Notes under the pieces: generated by a model
Database searches by the model: none
Told to the model about the DNA's origin: nothing
What the model saw: the letters and a program-made list of their open reading frames with translations, nothing else
Program-made: the position numbers and the translations under genes
Shown: in pieces, positions 18,132-26,896 of the stretch
Layout of the letters: every line of letters starts with the position of its first letter
How positions within the stretch are numbered: position 1 is the stretch's first letter
Origin: a virus
Lineage: Duplodnaviria; Heunggongvirae; Uroviricota; Caudoviricetes
DNA: 64,000 nt
Reading direction: 5' to 3' (one strand)
Virus record (IMG/VR): IMGVR_UViG_3300037743_000091

Positions 18132-19202
18132 ATGGTTCACGAAATCACTGACACGGACGCCATGTTTAGCGTCCGCGAAATGCCGTGGCATCGTCTCGGA
18201 ACGGTCCTCACGGACTACCCGACGCGCGAGGAGGCGCAGAAGATCGCCCACGACTGGGAGCCCGTGACGGCCCCGGTGTTCCGCCGCGTGGTCGGCGTCC
18301 ATACCCACGGGAACGAGTGCTACAGCGACTTCGGCTCCGGCGACCTGGAGTGTGAGCAGGCGGAGGGTCCGTTCTCCCGCTTCGAGGAGATCGAGGGACA
18401 GCAGGAGGTCGTCCGCTCGGACAACGGCCACCACATCGGCGTCACGAACGACACCCTCGGGATCGTCACGAACGATGAGATGTACGACATTGCGGAGGCT
18501 GTCCAGGGGCTCAGCGGGGACGTGATGTACGAGACCGGCGGTACCCTTCGCGGAGGCCGTCAGGTGTGGCTCCTCCTGCGCCTCGCGGAGCCCCTGGAGA
18601 TCAAGGGCGATCCTCGCGGCGCGACGATGCAGTACTTCGCCCTCCAGAACAACCACGACGGCGGGGGTTCGTTCCGGGGTCAGGCGATCAACACGAGGAT
18701 CGTGTGCGCGAACACGTCCCGCATGGCCGACATGGACGCCCGCGCCCACGAGACGGAGATCGTCTTCCGGCACACGAAGAACGTGGCGGAGCGCGTCGAG
18801 GAGGCGAAGCAGGCACTGGCCATGTGGCGTACCTCGATCAACGAGTGGCAGCTCTTCAACGAGCACCTGATCTCGTGCAAGATCACGCGGGAGCAGCGGG
18901 AGGAGTTTGTGGAGCGGTTCTTTCCGATACCGCCCACGGGTGTTTCCAAGCGCATGATGACCAACATCGAGAACGACCGGGGGAACCTGCGGGAGATCTT
19001 CGCAGGGGTCACCAGCGAGGGGATCGAGAACACGGCCTACGGCCTGGTTCAGGGTGCAGTGGAGTTCTCCCAGCACTACCGCGCGACCCGGGGCAAGAGT
19101 GACATGGCGCGCAACGAGAACCGTTTCCGCCGGTCCGTCCTGGACAAGGACAAGCTGGTCCGGGGCGCGGCGAAGCTGGCCAAGGAGATCGCCCTCGTGT
19201 GA
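18132..19202 (+). CDS. DUF932 (phage/plasmid-related) protein
   Basis: YFALQNNHDGGGSFRGQAINTRIVCANT block matches the DUF932 R.VC.N signature. 356 aa. GAAAGGAA RBS. Confidence 0.5.
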   Translation: MVHEITDTDAMFSVREMPWHRLGTVLTDYPTREEAQKIAHDWEPVTAPVFRRVVGVHTHGNECYSDFGSGDLECEQAEGPFSRFEEIEGQQEVVRSDNGHHIGVTNDTLGIVTNDEMYDIAEAVQGLSGDVMYETGGTLRGGRQVWLLLRLAEPLEIKGDPRGATMQYFALQNNHDGGGSFRGQAINTRIVCANTSRMADMDARAHETEIVFRHTKNVAERVEEAKQALAMWRTSINEWQLFNEHLISCKITREQREEFVERFFPIPPTGVSKRMMTNIENDRGNLREIFAGVTSEGIENTAYGLVQGAVEFSQHYRATRGKSDMARNENRFRRSVLDKDKLVRGAAKLAKEIALV

Positions 19203-19215
19203 TCCCCTGACCGTA

Positions 19216-19243
19216 GGACGGGCGGCCTTCGGGCCGCCCGTCC
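19216..19243 (+). terminator. I-shaped GC hairpin terminator (GGACGGGCGGCC-TTCG-GGCCGCCCGTCC)
   Basis: Perfect 12 bp stem immediately after the stop of 18132..19202, followed by TTCC. Confidence 0.5.
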
Positions 19244-19269
19244 TTCCGTGCAGTAGAAAGGATGGATAG

Positions 19270-19482
19270 ATGGCGCAGCGTAAGACGACCTTCGAGATGT
19301 GCGATAACCCGGAGTGCGGCAACGAGTACGAGGTCTTCAAGAGCGAACCCCTTCCGGGTTTTGTGATCACACGCGGTAGCTGGGACAACGGCGCGGGTGG
19401 GGGACCGATCCCTCAGACCTACGCGTGCTCCGTGGAATGCTTGCCCGCTGCCGTACTTTGCCGGATCGGGGAGGAGGGATGA
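19270..19482 (+). CDS. Zinc-finger protein (70 aa)
   Basis: CDNPECG ... CSVEC Cys4. AAAGGATGG RBS. Confidence 0.5.
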   Translation: MAQRKTTFEMCDNPECGNEYEVFKSEPLPGFVITRGSWDNGAGGGPIPQTYACSVECLPAAVLCRIGEEG

Positions 19483-19796
19483 GCGAGGAGTACGAGCCTC
19501 ACACTGAGGAGGAAGTACGCCAGAGCGCCGCTGACACACTCCGGCACGCCCGTCTCGATACCAAGGGGATCATCTGGGGTAAGAGGAGCAAGGATGATCG
19601 CCGGTCGGCGTGGCGCACCCTGGAGTCAGCTTCCCTGTCGGCGGCCTCCATGTGTGCCCAGTGGACGGCAGCGGGAGATCCGTTCGCCATGCACCAGGCG
19701 GTCAAGTGGGCTCGTGTGTTCGTCCTCCTGGACGATCGCCGTAAGCGCATGTTCAGGATGCACCGGGATCGTTTATTCGGGAGGTTTCTTAAATGA
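19479..19796 (+). CDS. Hypothetical protein (105 aa)
   Basis: ATGA overlap. GGGAGGAGGG RBS. Confidence 0.5.
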   Translation: MSEEYEPHTEEEVRQSAADTLRHARLDTKGIIWGKRSKDDRRSAWRTLESASLSAASMCAQWTAAGDPFAMHQAVKWARVFVLLDDRRKRMFRMHRDRLFGRFLK

Positions 19797-20167
19797 GGTA
19801 CCTCGGACCTCTTCCGTTCCCTGTGAGGACTCTTGGGGACGTGTGGGATCTTTCGGTACCGATTCCTCCACGCCGCCACCTCCGGACCTTGGGAGATTTC
19901 TGGGACCTGCCGGACGTGGTTATCCGTGTCCTGGAGATGCGGGAGAGGGAACAGGAGGAAGAGGACATGGACGAGGACGACGAGTGGACCGAGGAGGACG
20001 ACGCGGAGGAGGGATGGAGGCAGTACAGGTACGCGAAGAATCAGGTACTCGCTGCTCGGAAGATCCTCGACGACCTCGAACGAGCCCTGGAAGACGCGGT
20101 ACGTCTTCGTGAGTTCCGTCAGGAATTCAGGCGCATTACTAATAGCTCCCACTTCTACCGGGGGTGA
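19793..20167 (+). CDS. Hypothetical acidic protein (124 aa)
   Basis: TAAATG overlap. GGAGG RBS. Glu/Asp-rich central stretch. Confidence 0.45.
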   Translation: MRYLGPLPFPVRTLGDVWDLSVPIPPRRHLRTLGDFWDLPDVVIRVLEMREREQEEEDMDEDDEWTEEDDAEEGWRQYRYAKNQVLAARKILDDLERALEDAVRLREFRQEFRRITNSSHFYRG

Positions 20168-20190
20168 CATAACAGGGTTACAGTGCAGGC

Positions 20191-21099
20191 ATGGCCGAAG
20201 AATCGTTCTACCTGTTGGAACACAAGAATCCACACCTCGATCAGTACGGGGAGGAACGTCGATACGACCAAACACCGTCAGGCACTATCGTCATTCACAC
20301 GGCGGAGAACGTCGCGGATCAACTCGGGGGAGACCTCGGGGCGGAGAACGTAGCGGCCTATGTCGTGAGGCGGACGAACCACGGTTCTTATCACCGGCTC
20401 GTCGATGCTGATTCCATTATTAAGATGGCGCCTTTCGGGTACGAAACGTGGCATTGCCGTAATACCAATCCGTGGTCCATCGGTATTTCCATGGCGGTCA
20501 TGGCTGACGACTGGGATAAGTACTCGGACGATTACGTGATGCGAGTTCTCCGCAATGCGGCTCGTGCGGCAGCGGAAGCAGTTCGGGACCTTAAGAAGTA
20601 TTGGAAGGTCACAGTCCCCCTCGAACACATCACGGGATCTCAGGCGCTTGCCAAGCGCCCGGGATTCACTGGACACGGAGAGACGGACCCGACTCGACGG
20701 CACGACCCCGGCTCCGGGTTCCCGTGGGCTCGTTTCCTGAATCTGGTTCGCGAGGAACTGGGAGACGACCCGATCGAAGCGGAACCGGTCAACAACCCGA
20801 TCACTCCCGCCAAGCCCAAGCCCGCCCCGAAACCGAAGGGAACCGAATACCGCATGAACCGTCTCGACTTGCGTACCGCGCACCGTACAAAGATCTATAA
20901 CGACGATATGAAGAAGTGGCAAGGGCTGCTGCTCGCCCACGGTTACGGTCCGCGCGGTCTCGTGGAGACCACTGGACGGCCGGATGGGATCGGCGGTGCC
21001 TATACGCGGCGTGCGACGCTGGCCTTCCAGAAGAAGGCGGGTATCGAGGAGGACGCCGTGGTCGGCCCTATCACCTGGAAGAAGGCCCTGGAGGGGTAA
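20191..21099 (+). CDS. Endolysin: N-acetylmuramoyl-L-alanine amidase (amidase_2/PGRP-like) with C-terminal peptidoglycan-binding domain
   Basis: IVIHTAE ... GHGETDPTRRHDPGSGFPW amidase_2 motifs. C-terminal PG_binding_1 repeat (WQGLLLAHGY ... DGIGGAYTRRATLAFQKKAGIEEDAVVGPITWKKAL). Confidence 0.75.
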   Translation: MAEESFYLLEHKNPHLDQYGEERRYDQTPSGTIVIHTAENVADQLGGDLGAENVAAYVVRRTNHGSYHRLVDADSIIKMAPFGYETWHCRNTNPWSIGISMAVMADDWDKYSDDYVMRVLRNAARAAAEAVRDLKKYWKVTVPLEHITGSQALAKRPGFTGHGETDPTRRHDPGSGFPWARFLNLVREELGDDPIEAEPVNNPITPAKPKPAPKPKGTEYRMNRLDLRTAHRTKIYNDDMKKWQGLLLAHGYGPRGLVETTGRPDGIGGAYTRRATLAFQKKAGIEEDAVVGPITWKKALEG

Positions 21100-21314
21100 T
21101 GGCGGGACGTAATTCAACGATCCAGGATTCTTACGGAGAATCCCGGAAGAAGTTCGAGGCGTCACTGGAGTTCGGGACTCACGACTTCGTCGGCCAGTTG
21201 GCCTACGCTCGTGACCCTGCCCGTGTTCTGTACGATCGTCAGCAGGCGATGCGTCGCTCTACCATCGAGCGGGGACGTAAGAAAATCCCCATGAGAGGAC
21301 AGAACATTGAGTGA
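21099..21314 (+). CDS. Hypothetical protein (71 aa) within the lysis cassette
   Basis: TAATG overlap with the endolysin stop. GGAGGGG RBS. Confidence 0.4.
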   Translation: MAGRNSTIQDSYGESRKKFEASLEFGTHDFVGQLAYARDPARVLYDRQQAMRRSTIERGRKKIPMRGQNIE

Positions 21315-21585
21315 CTTCGTTCGATCTGCGATCCGTACGGGTGTCCCGTACATCGTCGGTGCCCTGCTCTCTTGGCTCACGGCGCGGGGGATCGATATTC
21401 CTCCGGAGGGTGAGGCGGGGCTGATCGCGTTCTTGACCGCGTTGTTCGGCGCGGTTTACTACTTGACGGTTCGGGCCCTGGAGAGTCGTTGGCCTAAGCT
21501 CGGGGTTCTTCTCGGGTCGGCTACGGCTCCGGAATACCGGGGACCGGACTCCAAGGGGGTTACCTCGAAGGAGACGCAGGACTGA
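21307..21585 (+). CDS. Holin-like membrane protein (TTG start)
   Basis: Two hydrophobic helices (VPYIVGALLSWL; LIAFLTALFGAVYYL). Directly downstream of the endolysin. GAGAGGA RBS. Confidence 0.45.
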   Translation: MSDFVRSAIRTGVPYIVGALLSWLTARGIDIPPEGEAGLIAFLTALFGAVYYLTVRALESRWPKLGVLLGSATAPEYRGPDSKGVTSKETQD

Positions 21586-21652
21586 CCCCGGCGGCTGCCG
21601 GTCCGTTATCCCACTGTTATACGGATCGGTAGTCGCCCTCTCTTGGATGTGG

Positions 21653-21673
21653 TAATGTTACGAACGTCAGCAC
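21653..21673 (+). promoter_or_regulatory. Conserved promoter core (TAATGTTACGAACGTCAGCAC), divergent -35
   Basis: Same -10/+1 block as the family. 30 nt upstream of the HicA-like gene. Confidence 0.5.
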
Positions 21674-21703
21674 AACGTACGGTACGACATCCCGGAGGGC
21701 ACA

Positions 21704-21904
21704 GTGAACAGGGAACTACGAGAACTCCTTGCGGAACTGGATAAGCAGGGGTTCAAGTACAAGGTGACCAAGAAGGGTCACGTCATGATCAAGACGGCCG
21801 ATAATAAGCCGGTGACCACGTTCTCCGGTACCCCGAGCGATATTCGTTCGTGGAAGAACAGTATAAGCCGTTTGAAGCGGGCCGGTTTCGAGGATGAGGG
21901 TTGA
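21704..21904 (+). CDS. hicA: HicA-like toxin (mRNA interferase family)
   Basis: 66 aa. LRELLAELDKQGFKYKVTKKGHVMIKT ... SDIRSWKNSISRLKRAGF follows the HicA/YcfA pattern (helix-GW-KGSH-h-h, then a C-terminal basic helix). GTG start after GGAGGG. Confidence 0.55.
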   Translation: MNRELRELLAELDKQGFKYKVTKKGHVMIKTADNKPVTTFSGTPSDIRSWKNSISRLKRAGFEDEG

Positions 21905-21915
21905 AAGGAATAAAG

Positions 21916-22176
21916 ATGGAAGAGACCCGGGAGCAGTTCAACGTCACCCTTACTCTCAGTGGTGAGTTGAGTGACCGGGAGGTGGGGAGGCTGATTGACG
22001 GTCTGGTGGGCATGTCTCCCGCCATCGCACATGAGGGCGAGATCGTCGTCACCGTGACCGCAATCAATCACTCCGAGGCTCTGGTTAAGGCCGGAATAGA
22101 AGCGAAGAGATTCATGGGGGACATCGTTCAGGCCGTCATCCTCACTACCGAAGAATTCGATAAGGACAACGAGTAG
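21916..22176 (+). CDS. Possible HicB-like antitoxin (UPF0150-like)
   Basis: 86 aa acidic protein immediately downstream of hicA-like gene (toxin-first order). Weak resemblance only. Confidence 0.3.
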   Translation: MEETREQFNVTLTLSGELSDREVGRLIDGLVGMSPAIAHEGEIVVTVTAINHSEALVKAGIEAKRFMGDIVQAVILTTEEFDKDNE

Positions 22177-22198
22177 GTATCGACCGAGGGAGTAACCC

Positions 22199-22534
22199 AT
22201 GATGACCGATCGCAAGAAGACAATGAGGTGGAGTGTGGTGCTCGGCGCATCACTGCTCATCTTTACCGGTGGGTGGTTCACCGGGCACAGCACTGCACGC
22301 GTCGAGAAGGTCGTCATTGAGCCCTCGGAAGCGTGCTTGGCCTCCTCGCAGTACGGGCGCGTTTACGTAGCCCGTGAGCGGCAGGAGAACCTGATCCTCC
22401 TTAATCAGGAAGAGCACAGCGACGAGAAGGTCCGTGAGTTGTTGCAGGCCAACGCGGAACGTAAGCAGAAGGCATCCGTTCTCTGGCGCTCATTCGAGGA
22501 TCAGTGCCAGGTCGATCTCCAGGAGGGGTCATGA
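22199..22534 (+). CDS. Membrane-anchored protein (N-terminal TM)
   Basis: WSVVLGASLLIFTGGWF helix. GGAG RBS. Confidence 0.45.
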   Translation: MMTDRKKTMRWSVVLGASLLIFTGGWFTGHSTARVEKVVIEPSEACLASSQYGRVYVARERQENLILLNQEEHSDEKVRELLQANAERKQKASVLWRSFEDQCQVDLQEGS

Positions 22535-22827
22535 CTCGCGTATTCAGTGATGCCGTCCTCGCAAAGTCTCGTAGTTACCTGGCCAATGGGCACGTTCATC
22601 GTGATGCCGAAGCGGAAAACATGTGGTGGGTTCAGGGTGCGGACCTCATGAACAGTCGCCCGTACCGGGTTCAGGTAGTCATGGATGGGGATCTGATCCT
22701 CACCCGAACCTGTACGTGCGAGCACGGGAAGAACGCGGGAGGGTCGGCCACGTGTTCGCACGTTGCGGCTGCTCTCATTCGTAAACAGCAGATCGACAAA
22801 GAAGGGGGTACAGCAGATGACGAGTAA
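22531..22827 (+). CDS. SWIM zinc-finger protein
   Basis: C-x-C-x11-C-x-H (RTCTCEHGKNAGGSATCSH). GGAGGGG RBS. ATGA overlap. Confidence 0.5.
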   Translation: MTRVFSDAVLAKSRSYLANGHVHRDAEAENMWWVQGADLMNSRPYRVQVVMDGDLILTRTCTCEHGKNAGGSATCSHVAAALIRKQQIDKEGGTADDE

Positions 22828-23029
22828 TAAGGGCGAAGATGAGGAGTTGCTGACTCCGGCGGAAGTGGCTCACCTGTTCCGTGTGGACGTCAAGACGGTT
22901 GCGCGATGGGCGCAGATCGGCAGAATCCCTCGCGATCAGGTGATCATCACCCTGGGCGGGCACCGCCGGTACAAGGCCCGGTTCATCCGGTCTCTGCTGC
23001 TGAGCGAGGGAGAGAATGACGCAGGATGA
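22817..23029 (+). CDS. Helix-turn-helix DNA-binding protein (excisionase/MerR-like HTH_17)
   Basis: LTPAEVAHLFRVDVKTVARWAQIGRIP motif. Confidence 0.55.
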   Translation: MTSNKGEDEELLTPAEVAHLFRVDVKTVARWAQIGRIPRDQVIITLGGHRRYKARFIRSLLLSEGENDAG

Positions 23030-23198
23030 TGTGTTGTTCCTGGTCCTGCTGATTGCGGGTTGCTTGCTCGTGGTCGGGTGCGGGATCGAACTGCTGTTGT
23101 GGATGCTCAGGGTGTCGATGCGCATGGGCGGGGGCGTGTGGCTGTGGGGCGCGACGTGCGTCGGTGCGGTCGTGTTCATGAACCATCTTGCGTGGTAA
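23016..23198 (+). CDS. Small membrane protein (60 aa)
   Basis: GAGGGAGAG RBS. Two hydrophobic segments. Confidence 0.4.
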   Translation: MTQDDVLFLVLLIAGCLLVVGCGIELLLWMLRVSMRMGGGVWLWGATCVGAVVFMNHLAW

Positions 23199-23265
23199 CT
23201 CAGGGCGTTATCTAACCGTGATGGAAGATCAGACGGATTAGGTAGCGCCCTGAGTTGTTGTGATG

Positions 23266-23286
23266 TAGTGTTACGTACGTCAGCAC
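23266..23286 (+). promoter_or_regulatory. Promoter core variant (TAGTGTTACGTACGTCAGCAC)
   Basis: Single substitution in the -10. 24 nt upstream of AAGGAG + ATG 23311. Confidence 0.45.
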
Positions 23287-23310
23287 AACGAATCACCGAA
23301 GGAGTAGATC

Positions 23311-23961
23311 ATGCAGATCTCCAAGATGAACATCGGCACCATGTACCTGGTCAACGAGCGTCGGGACTGGAAGACCTGGGGTTACGACAACAAGGCGTAC
23401 ATCCTCATGAGCCTGGAGCCGTTCGAGGAGCAGAAGCTGCGATGGTCCTCGCGTTACACCTATGCCACCGTGACCATCAACGGGACCAACTACTCTTACG
23501 GCGGTCGGCCGTGGTTGGCGACCACAGTCAGCGGCTCGAAGCTCTACCTGATGCAGCACGTTGACCCGGACACTCGGGAGCCGGTCCTGAACGAGCAGAA
23601 CGGCAAGCCGTTCCTGTCGCTCATCTCGACTCGGAGTGTGCGCGGCGAGTGGGCCGTGGCCAAGGCGGAGCAGGAGGGGGCAGTCAAGGAAAAGCAGGAG
23701 CGCAGTGACCGGGAGCGGGTAGCCTCTCAGAACCGTTGGAACCGCGCCGAGGGTATCGCGATCCGCCTCCGTTCCCTGCTCGGGCTGAACTCGAACGCCT
23801 ACCAGGTGAACACGGCCGATGTCGGACACGGGTACTCCGGGGGAGGTCCGCGCGCCATCAAGATCAGCATGAACGAGGCCGAGAAGCTGGCCGACATGCT
23901 GGGCGAAGCTCACCAGGAGATCGAAGACCTCAAGGCGGAGTTGCGCGACCTTCGCGGCTAA
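23311..23961 (+). CDS. Hypothetical protein (216 aa) with C-terminal coiled coil
   Basis: Promoter-proximal with strong RBS. Followed by a terminator hairpin. Confidence 0.55.
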   Translation: MQISKMNIGTMYLVNERRDWKTWGYDNKAYILMSLEPFEEQKLRWSSRYTYATVTINGTNYSYGGRPWLATTVSGSKLYLMQHVDPDTREPVLNEQNGKPFLSLISTRSVRGEWAVAKAEQEGAVKEKQERSDRERVASQNRWNRAEGIAIRLRSLLGLNSNAYQVNTADVGHGYSGGGPRAIKISMNEAEKLADMLGEAHQEIEDLKAELRDLRG

Positions 23962-23971
23962 CCTGTTCTCT

Positions 23972-24014
23972 CACACTGGGGCGATAACCCGTTTGTGGTT
24001 ATCGCCCCAGTGTG
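23972..24014 (+). terminator. Hairpin terminator (CACACTGGGGCGATAACC-CGTTTGT-GGTTATCGCCCCAGTGTG) overlapping the next promoter
   Basis: Perfect 18 bp stem directly after stop 23961. Its 3-prime arm abuts TAATGT of the next promoter copy. Confidence 0.5.
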
Positions 24015-24015
24015 C

Positions 24016-24036
24016 TAATGTTACGTACGTCAGCAC
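24016..24036 (+). promoter_or_regulatory. Conserved promoter core (TAATGTTACGTACGTCAGCAC)
   Basis: 22 nt upstream of AAAGGAAG + ATG 24059. Confidence 0.5.
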
Positions 24037-24058
24037 CTCACCGAACGAAAGGAAGATC

Positions 24059-24337
24059 ATGGGTCTCTTGAACGGTCTCTTCGGACTCAGCGAGCCGACC
24101 CCGGAAGAGCGGCGCAAGGCGCGGAACGACAAGCGCGAGACGCGCCGGATCGTGGGTGAGCGTGACACGGGCGAGATCGCGGACGCCACGGCGGCCGGTT
24201 CCCTGTCGATCGACGTCGAGCGTGACGGTTCCGGCGTGACGAGCAAGGCATACAACCGGCGCGGGAACTCGTGGCCCGGTCAGCGGATCTCCGAGACCCC
24301 GGCGGAAGAGCCCAAGAAGGGCAGCCTGGGCTGGTGA
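24059..24337 (+). CDS. Hypothetical protein (92 aa)
   Basis: Promoter-proximal. Basic N-terminal region. Confidence 0.5.
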   Translation: MGLLNGLFGLSEPTPEERRKARNDKRETRRIVGERDTGEIADATAAGSLSIDVERDGSGVTSKAYNRRGNSWPGQRISETPAEEPKKGSLGW

Positions 24338-24483
24338 CCGACCCGGACGACAAGCTTCTTGCTGCCCTCTCCGAGAAGGACACGTGCGTTCACTGCACGT
24401 GGGAGGTCACCAACTTCACGGAGTACGTGGAGCACCTGGCCAAGGAGCACCCGGAGCACGGGAATCCCAAGACATACGGCTGA
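24334..24483 (+). CDS. C2H2-type zinc-finger miniprotein (49 aa)
   Basis: C-x2-C-x12-H-x5-H (CVHCTWEVTNFTEYVEHLAKEH). GTGA overlap. Confidence 0.4.
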   Translation: MTDPDDKLLAALSEKDTCVHCTWEVTNFTEYVEHLAKEHPEHGNPKTYG

Positions 24484-24538
24484 ACCACACCGGAGGGGCG
24501 CATATTGCGCCCCTCCGGGCTACATGGAAGAGAGCACG

Positions 24539-25471
24539 ATGAATTCACCTACCTTGGTGATCACCAGGGGTCTGCCCGGAGCGGGAAAGGCCACGTTTGC
24601 CCGGCGCTGGGTGGACGAAGATCTGGAGAAGCGCATACGGGTTAACTACCGTGATCTTTACACGTCGATGTATGGACGGAGTAGGCCCCCTCGGGAACCT
24701 CAGAAGAACAGCGTCCGGAAGGCCCAGCACGCACAAGTTCAGGCGCTCCTGCTGAGTGGCATAAGCGTCGTTGTGGATGACGAGAACCTGGTTCTTCGGG
24801 ACGCTCGTGCTTTTGCTGACCTTGCCCTGCGTACCGGGGCTGAGTTTCAGGTGAGGGACTTTACGGATGTCTCCCTGTCGGAGTGCATTCAGCGTGACGC
24901 CGGGCGCGTGTTTTCGGTAGGGGAGCAGACGATTCGGGACCTGTACCGGCGGTACAAGTTCCCTCTGCCGAAGGTGGAGCCGACACCGCGTCGAGCCGGT
25001 GAGCGCCCGGCGTGGTACAAGCCGCATGACACCTCCGCAATCCCGACCGTCATCGTGGATCTGGACGGCACCCTGGCTCGCAACATCACGAATCGGGAGA
25101 TGTGGGGCCCCAGGTTCGAGGAGCGCGTTTACGAAGACGAGGTGAACCAGTCTGTTCTTCGGTTCATTACTGGATGGCTCATGCAGGGGTATGAACTGAT
25201 CTTCATGTCGGGGCGTGCGGAGATCTCTCGCGCTGAGACGATGCGCTGGCTCTTCGATAAGGCGGGCATCCGTGAGGATGAATACGAGCTGTTCATGCGT
25301 CGAAACGGGGATGGTCGGCACGACTATGAGGTCAAGGCCGACCTGTTCGAGGAGCACGTTCGCCCCTACTACGCGAACGTGGCCCTGGCGATCGACGATC
25401 GGAATCAGGTCGTGGATCTCTGGCGCGGGATTGGCCTGGAGTGCTGGCAGGTTCGCGACGGAGACTTCTAG
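24539..25471 (+). CDS. pnk: Polynucleotide 5-prime-kinase/3-prime-phosphatase (T4 Pnk-like)
   Basis: N-terminal P-loop kinase (TRGLPGAGKATFARRW). C-terminal HAD phosphatase motif I (VIVDLDGTLA). GGAAGAGAG RBS. Confidence 0.7.
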   Translation: MNSPTLVITRGLPGAGKATFARRWVDEDLEKRIRVNYRDLYTSMYGRSRPPREPQKNSVRKAQHAQVQALLLSGISVVVDDENLVLRDARAFADLALRTGAEFQVRDFTDVSLSECIQRDAGRVFSVGEQTIRDLYRRYKFPLPKVEPTPRRAGERPAWYKPHDTSAIPTVIVDLDGTLARNITNREMWGPRFEERVYEDEVNQSVLRFITGWLMQGYELIFMSGRAEISRAETMRWLFDKAGIREDEYELFMRRNGDGRHDYEVKADLFEEHVRPYYANVALAIDDRNQVVDLWRGIGLECWQVRDGDF

Positions 25472-25479
25472 GAGGAGTC

Positions 25480-25884
25480 ATGACGAATGACTGGCGCGTT
25501 GGCTACCGGAAGGCGGTGGCTGACTTCTTGAAGACCCAAGGGCTGTTCGTTACTAAGGACGCATACCGGAGCTACTGGACCGACGAGGACACAGAAGATT
25601 ACGACACCAGTAACACCGTGTACGGATGGGCGGATCATGAGCATACTCAGGGAGTTCCTTGGAGGACTCCTCCGGTTCCCGGGTGCCCCGTCGTGTCAGT
25701 GAGGTTCGAGACGATGAGGGAGCGCAGCCTGTCGCAGTTCACGGACACGTTCCACAGCAACGAGATGCGTGCAGGCGTCGAGGTCCGGGCCTCGTGCGCC
25801 TGTGGTGGGTACACGGATAAGTGGTTGCGCTGGGACGGGGCGGTCTCGGAGATCCTTCCCGAGTTGTTGAAGGGAGGTGAATAA
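25480..25884 (+). CDS. Hypothetical protein (134 aa)
   Basis: GGAGGAG RBS. Cys pair CACGG. Confidence 0.5.
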   Translation: MTNDWRVGYRKAVADFLKTQGLFVTKDAYRSYWTDEDTEDYDTSNTVYGWADHEHTQGVPWRTPPVPGCPVVSVRFETMRERSLSQFTDTFHSNEMRAGVEVRASCACGGYTDKWLRWDGAVSEILPELLKGGE

Positions 25885-25885
25885 C

Positions 25886-26068
25886 GTGGTGGAGCCGAAT
25901 ATCCGGAAGACGAATCAGGAATTCAAAAAGGGGCATTACTGGCTGGCCTGGACGATTCAGGGTCCGGAGGGGCTGATCCGGGGCATGGCTACCTCGGAGG
26001 GCCAGGCCAAGAAGGATGCCGCGAAGGAACTTAAAAGGGCCGTTAAGGCAGCCGAGAAAAGGACCTGA
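25886..26068 (+). CDS. Hypothetical basic protein (60 aa)
   Basis: GTG 9 nt after GGGAGG. Lys-rich C-terminus. Confidence 0.4.
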   Translation: MVEPNIRKTNQEFKKGHYWLAWTIQGPEGLIRGMATSEGQAKKDAAKELKRAVKAAEKRT

Positions 26069-26141
26069 CGCTCTCGCCGATTCAGGAGCTTAGGAGTTCC
26101 TGGGTGGGCGTGTACGCCAGATACCTTAGATGGAGAAGGAA

Positions 26142-26690
26142 ATGATTGAGTTTGAGATCGGGGATCGTGTTCGCCGCGTAGCTCTCATCACCGGAGGCAT
26201 GAAGGTAGGGCACGAGGGGACGGTTATGCATACCCGAAAGGGGGAGGGCGACGGAGCCGACCAGTATGTCATGCTGGACAACTCACCTAATCACTGGTGG
26301 TTGTCGAGCGGCTTCGAGAAGGTCGCTTCCCTCTCCTGGGATGACCTGGAGGTCGGCGGGCGCGCTCGTATCCGCGTGAACGAGACTGGCGAGGAGTTCG
26401 AGGGGGAGATTCTCCCTGACTCCACGACGTACCCGGAGCACAACGGTCCGCGCATCCTGGGGGTGAGTGTCCTGCTGTTCAAGACCTTCCCGGACCGGTG
26501 GACTCTCCTGGAGGTCACAGCACCGGAGCCGAAGTTGCCAACTGCTTTCGGTTCTCTCATCCGGTACGAAGACGATGGGTCGTACTGGATTCTCAACGCG
26601 CGTGACCACTGGTACAGCGACCACGGGCACGACCACTTTTCACCGTTCATGCGCCCCGGCTGGACTCTCGTTCGTGACGGGATCGAGTGA
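26142..26690 (+). CDS. Hypothetical protein (182 aa)
   Basis: GGAGAAGGA RBS. Confidence 0.5.
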   Translation: MIEFEIGDRVRRVALITGGMKVGHEGTVMHTRKGEGDGADQYVMLDNSPNHWWLSSGFEKVASLSWDDLEVGGRARIRVNETGEEFEGEILPDSTTYPEHNGPRILGVSVLLFKTFPDRWTLLEVTAPEPKLPTAFGSLIRYEDDGSYWILNARDHWYSDHGHDHFSPFMRPGWTLVRDGIE

Positions 26691-26896
26691 TGGGCTGGAT
26701 TCACGGTAAAAGCTCGGTTCACCGTTGCCCTCCGCTTCCGGTTCTGTGGTGGCCCCAGACTGGACGCATGGTGACGTGCGCGGAATGCGGCACCAGATAT
26801 GTCGTTCAGGGAAGCCGTTGGGTGTGGCAGGGGGTTCCGCCTAAGCCCTCGAACCGGATAGCCGAGGAGATCGCGGAGGACCGTTATGACGCCTGA
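26687..26896 (+). CDS. Zinc-ribbon protein (69 aa)
   Basis: CPP ... CAECGTRY. GTGA/TGATG overlap. Confidence 0.4.
   Translation: MMGWIHGKSSVHRCPPLPVLWWPQTGRMVTCAECGTRYVVQGSRWVWQGVPPKPSNRIAEEIAEDRYDA

Noticed and set aside
18099-19388. 429 aa minus-strand ORF spanning the DUF932 gene
   Set aside because: Antisense to a gene with recognisable domain signature. Long stop-free antisense frames are expected at this GC content.
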